Assembly: GCA_951801675.1 (NCBI GenBank)
Contig: CATONX010000002.1
Span: 129,038-193,037 of the forward strand
Direction: 5' to 3'
Source of the DNA: an uncultured Eubacteriales bacterium
Lineage (GTDB): Bacteria; Bacillota; Clostridia; Oscillospirales; Acutalibacteraceae
Length of the DNA stretch: 64,000 nucleotides
Part shown: positions 62,119 through 64,000 of the stretch, one piece after another
Layout of the letters: every line of letters begins with the position of its first letter
Position numbering within the stretch: position 1 is the first letter of the stretch
The notes under the pieces: model-generated
The model's database searches: none
Told to the model about the DNA's origin: nothing
What the model saw: only the letters and a program-made list of their open reading frames with translations
Translations under genes and position numbers: made by a program

Positions 62119-62649
62119 ATGACACAAGCGGGAAAAAGGCATTGGCGTACCGCATGGCGGTGGATGGGAATCGGGTTCTTTTTTGCAGGATTCTTGTCCC
62201 TGGGCGCCGCCGCGGCATTTTGGATGGACTTTCGGGATTTTTACGGGTATGACCCTTATCGGACTGTGCACCAGGTTTATCTTTATCCGCGGGAATGGGT
62301 GGATGTCTTTTTATATGGCGGGCTTGCTTTGCTTTTGGCAGGGTGCGTGGCCTTTGGCTTGATGCAGCGCTTTCCCGTGCAAAAGGGGGAAGCCTCCCGG
62401 CCTTGTTACGTCCCGCCTCACATGCAGCGTGCGCAGAGTTCTCTGGATGATGACGCCGGCGCAATTTCGGCGCGCCGGACATTGGAGCAATTGCTCGAAA
62501 ATGCCGGCTTCGACGGGGAAGAGGAGCCACCTGACGCCATCACCAAGGTCATCTGTGTTCACTGCCGAAAAGAGTACGACTGGGATTATCCCAAGTGTCC
62601 CCACTGCGGCGCTAGCAACGATGTATTGCTGCGAAAAAGGAGAGAATGA
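62119..62649 (+). CDS. Hypothetical membrane protein with a C-terminal zinc ribbon
   Basis: Start MTQAGKRHW, after AAGGAGG. Two TM helices. C-terminal CVHCRKEYDWDYPKCPHCG. Confidence 0.55.
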   Translation: MTQAGKRHWRTAWRWMGIGFFFAGFLSLGAAAAFWMDFRDFYGYDPYRTVHQVYLYPREWVDVFLYGGLALLLAGCVAFGLMQRFPVQKGEASRPCYVPPHMQRAQSSLDDDAGAISARRTLEQLLENAGFDGEEEPPDAITKVICVHCRKEYDWDYPKCPHCGASNDVLLRKRRE

Positions 62650-62652
62650 CGG

Positions 62653-63738
62653 TTGCCAAAGAAAAGAGTGCTGGTAGGAATGAGCGGCGGGGTGGACAGT
62701 TCCGCCGCCGCCGCTTTGCTTTTGGAGCAGGGCTATGAGGTAGTGGGTGCGACGATGGACCTATTGCCGGACGGGCCGTCCCCCGACCTTGCGGACGCCA
62801 AGCGGGTTGCGTCGGCTTTGGGGATTGAGCACCATGTCCTCCCATTTCAGAAGGAATTTGCAAAGGAAGTTATGAATCCCTTTTGCAGCGAGTATCTGGC
62901 CGGGCGGACGCCCAACCCCTGCATTTTCTGCAACCGCGCCATCAAGTTCGGAGAGATGGTCAAGGCGGCCGACCGGCTTTGCTGTGATTTCGTTGCCACC
63001 GGGCATTACGCTAGGATTGAGTTTGACCAGAGCCGGGGCCGCTTTCTTCTCAAGCGGGCCGATACCCGCAAGGACCAAAGCTATGTGCTTTATCACTTGA
63101 GCCAGCACCAGCTTTCCCGGGTGCTGCTCCCTCTGGCGCCTTACACGAAAGACGAAATCCGCGCCATTGCCGCCCGGTATGCGCTTCCCGTGGCCCACAA
63201 GGGAGAGAGCCAGGAAATCTGCTTTGTGAAGAATAACGATTACGCGTCGTTTGTCACCGCCTTTACCGGAAAAGATACCCCGCCGGGCGACTTTGTGGAC
63301 GAGCAGGGACAGGTTATCGGCCGGCACAAGGGGATTCTCCACTATACCATCGGCCAGCGCAAGGGGCTCGGGCAAAGCTTCGGGCGGCATATGTACGTGT
63401 CTCAAATCGACCCGGCAAAGAATACGGTTTGCCTGGTGGAATCCGGCCGGGAATACTTTTCCGGTCTGACGGCGACTCATCTCAACGCCGTCGCATTCGA
63501 CCGGTTCCCCGCTTCCTTCGAAGCGCAGGCCATGATCCGCTACCAGGCGAAGCCGGCGCCCTGCCGAGTGGAGCTCATGGGGGAAGATCGGGTAAAGGTC
63601 ACCTTTCAGACGGCTCAGCGGGCGGTGACGCCGGGGCAGTCGGTGGTGTTCTATGAGGGAGACACGGTGCTGGGCGGTGGCGTCATCGATGCGGGCCTGC
63701 CGGCAAGCGAAACGCACCGGCCGCCGGAAACCGTTTGA
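62653..63738 (+). CDS. mnmA: tRNA 2-thiouridine(34) synthase MnmA
   Basis: PP-loop VLVGMSGGVDSS; ATGHYAR; DQSYVL; catalytic Cys residues. TTG start. Confidence 0.95.
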   Translation: MPKKRVLVGMSGGVDSSAAAALLLEQGYEVVGATMDLLPDGPSPDLADAKRVASALGIEHHVLPFQKEFAKEVMNPFCSEYLAGRTPNPCIFCNRAIKFGEMVKAADRLCCDFVATGHYARIEFDQSRGRFLLKRADTRKDQSYVLYHLSQHQLSRVLLPLAPYTKDEIRAIAARYALPVAHKGESQEICFVKNNDYASFVTAFTGKDTPPGDFVDEQGQVIGRHKGILHYTIGQRKGLGQSFGRHMYVSQIDPAKNTVCLVESGREYFSGLTATHLNAVAFDRFPASFEAQAMIRYQAKPAPCRVELMGEDRVKVTFQTAQRAVTPGQSVVFYEGDTVLGGGVIDAGLPASETHRPPETV

Positions 63739-64000
63739 TAAAATGCACGCTTGAAAGCGAACGGGTGTTTTACACGTTTGCAAGCAGACCCCGGCGAAAA
63801 CCAGCGAAGGTTTTCCGGACGTTTTGAAAAAAGCAGCGGCCTTGTCTGATGCCGGCTGGTTTCGGTGCGGGGAAGAATTGCCCGGATGTGTTGTGCTTCC
63901 AGCCGTTTGACCTCACAGGAAAAAGTGTGCCTCATTTTCTTTCCTTGCGGTGCCTTTTTTCTTTTGTGCGCGACGCTTGACGAAGCGGGGAAAAACCGGT

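Noticed and set aside
44799-63783. Long shadow ORFs in the housekeeping half (44799-45797 -, 47475-48428 +, 52248-52904 -, 52841-53644 +, 55930-57504 +, 58344-59444 +, 59140-60186 +, 61895-62530 -, 62761-63783 -)
   Set aside because: Each is antisense to a gene with unmistakable family motifs (C1 peptidase, comF, the DUF2089 operon, murC, the PPIase, gpmI, tpiA, the zinc-ribbon membrane protein, mnmA). These are high-GC artefacts.
1-64000. CRISPR arrays, rRNA genes, IS elements/transposases, integrases, reverse transcriptases (retron/DGR) and toxin-antitoxin pairs
   Set aside because: Reading both strands, I saw no regularly spaced direct repeats, no rRNA-like sequence, and no ORF with DDE, tyrosine- or serine-recombinase, or RT motifs. 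The only tandem repeats are the collagen G-X-Y blocks and the EP linker in the peptidase.

Overview
This is a high-GC, Clostridia-type Firmicute chromosome segment. Supporting signs are sporulation and exosporium-type genes, a Cheo-type LexA box and sortase signals. Because of the high GC, long antisense ORFs are common, and many ORF-track starts are over-extended upstream; I re-picked starts using RBS spacing. Positions 35-64 kb hold ordinary housekeeping genes: ybaK-like, mutL, cysteine desulfurase, DUF1015, MarR, MATE, a C1 peptidase, mreB, comF, recD2, murC, cca, a PrsA-like PPIase, gpmI, tpiA, pgk and mnmA. Positions 1-35 kb are an accessory mosaic, in this order: (1) A VTC / DUF4956 / secreted-lipoprotein operon; its last gene runs off the left edge and is missing from the ORF track. 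(2) A two-component system and a GT2-GtrA fusion. (3) An orphan holin and tRNA-Pro(CGG). (4) An AT-rich, integrase-less islet of about 1.2 kb, bounded by a duplicated tRNA 3' end, carrying a two-domain HNH_2 nuclease with Type IV restriction-like architecture. (5) A MalT/LuxR-type STAND regulator with a triplicated 15-bp upstream motif. (6) A lower-GC stretch encoding an NPPTG-anchored surface protein. (7) The most interesting locus: a BclB/BclA-type collagen-like surface protein directly followed by a translationally coupled ACP + adenylate-forming ligase + BtrH-like acyltransferase cassette. (8) A divergent peptidoglycan-binding operon. (9) A decayed siphovirus-type prophage (about 20.2-32.3 kb) that keeps its immunity region, tail module and collagen-like fibres but has lost its packaging, capsid, integrase and lysis genes. 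At its left edge sits an SOS-box-controlled 50-aa ORF, and its tail module contains an unlisted 46-aa Com-like zinc-ribbon ORF. (10) An FtsX-type ABC exporter. I saw no CRISPR array, rRNA or transposase.
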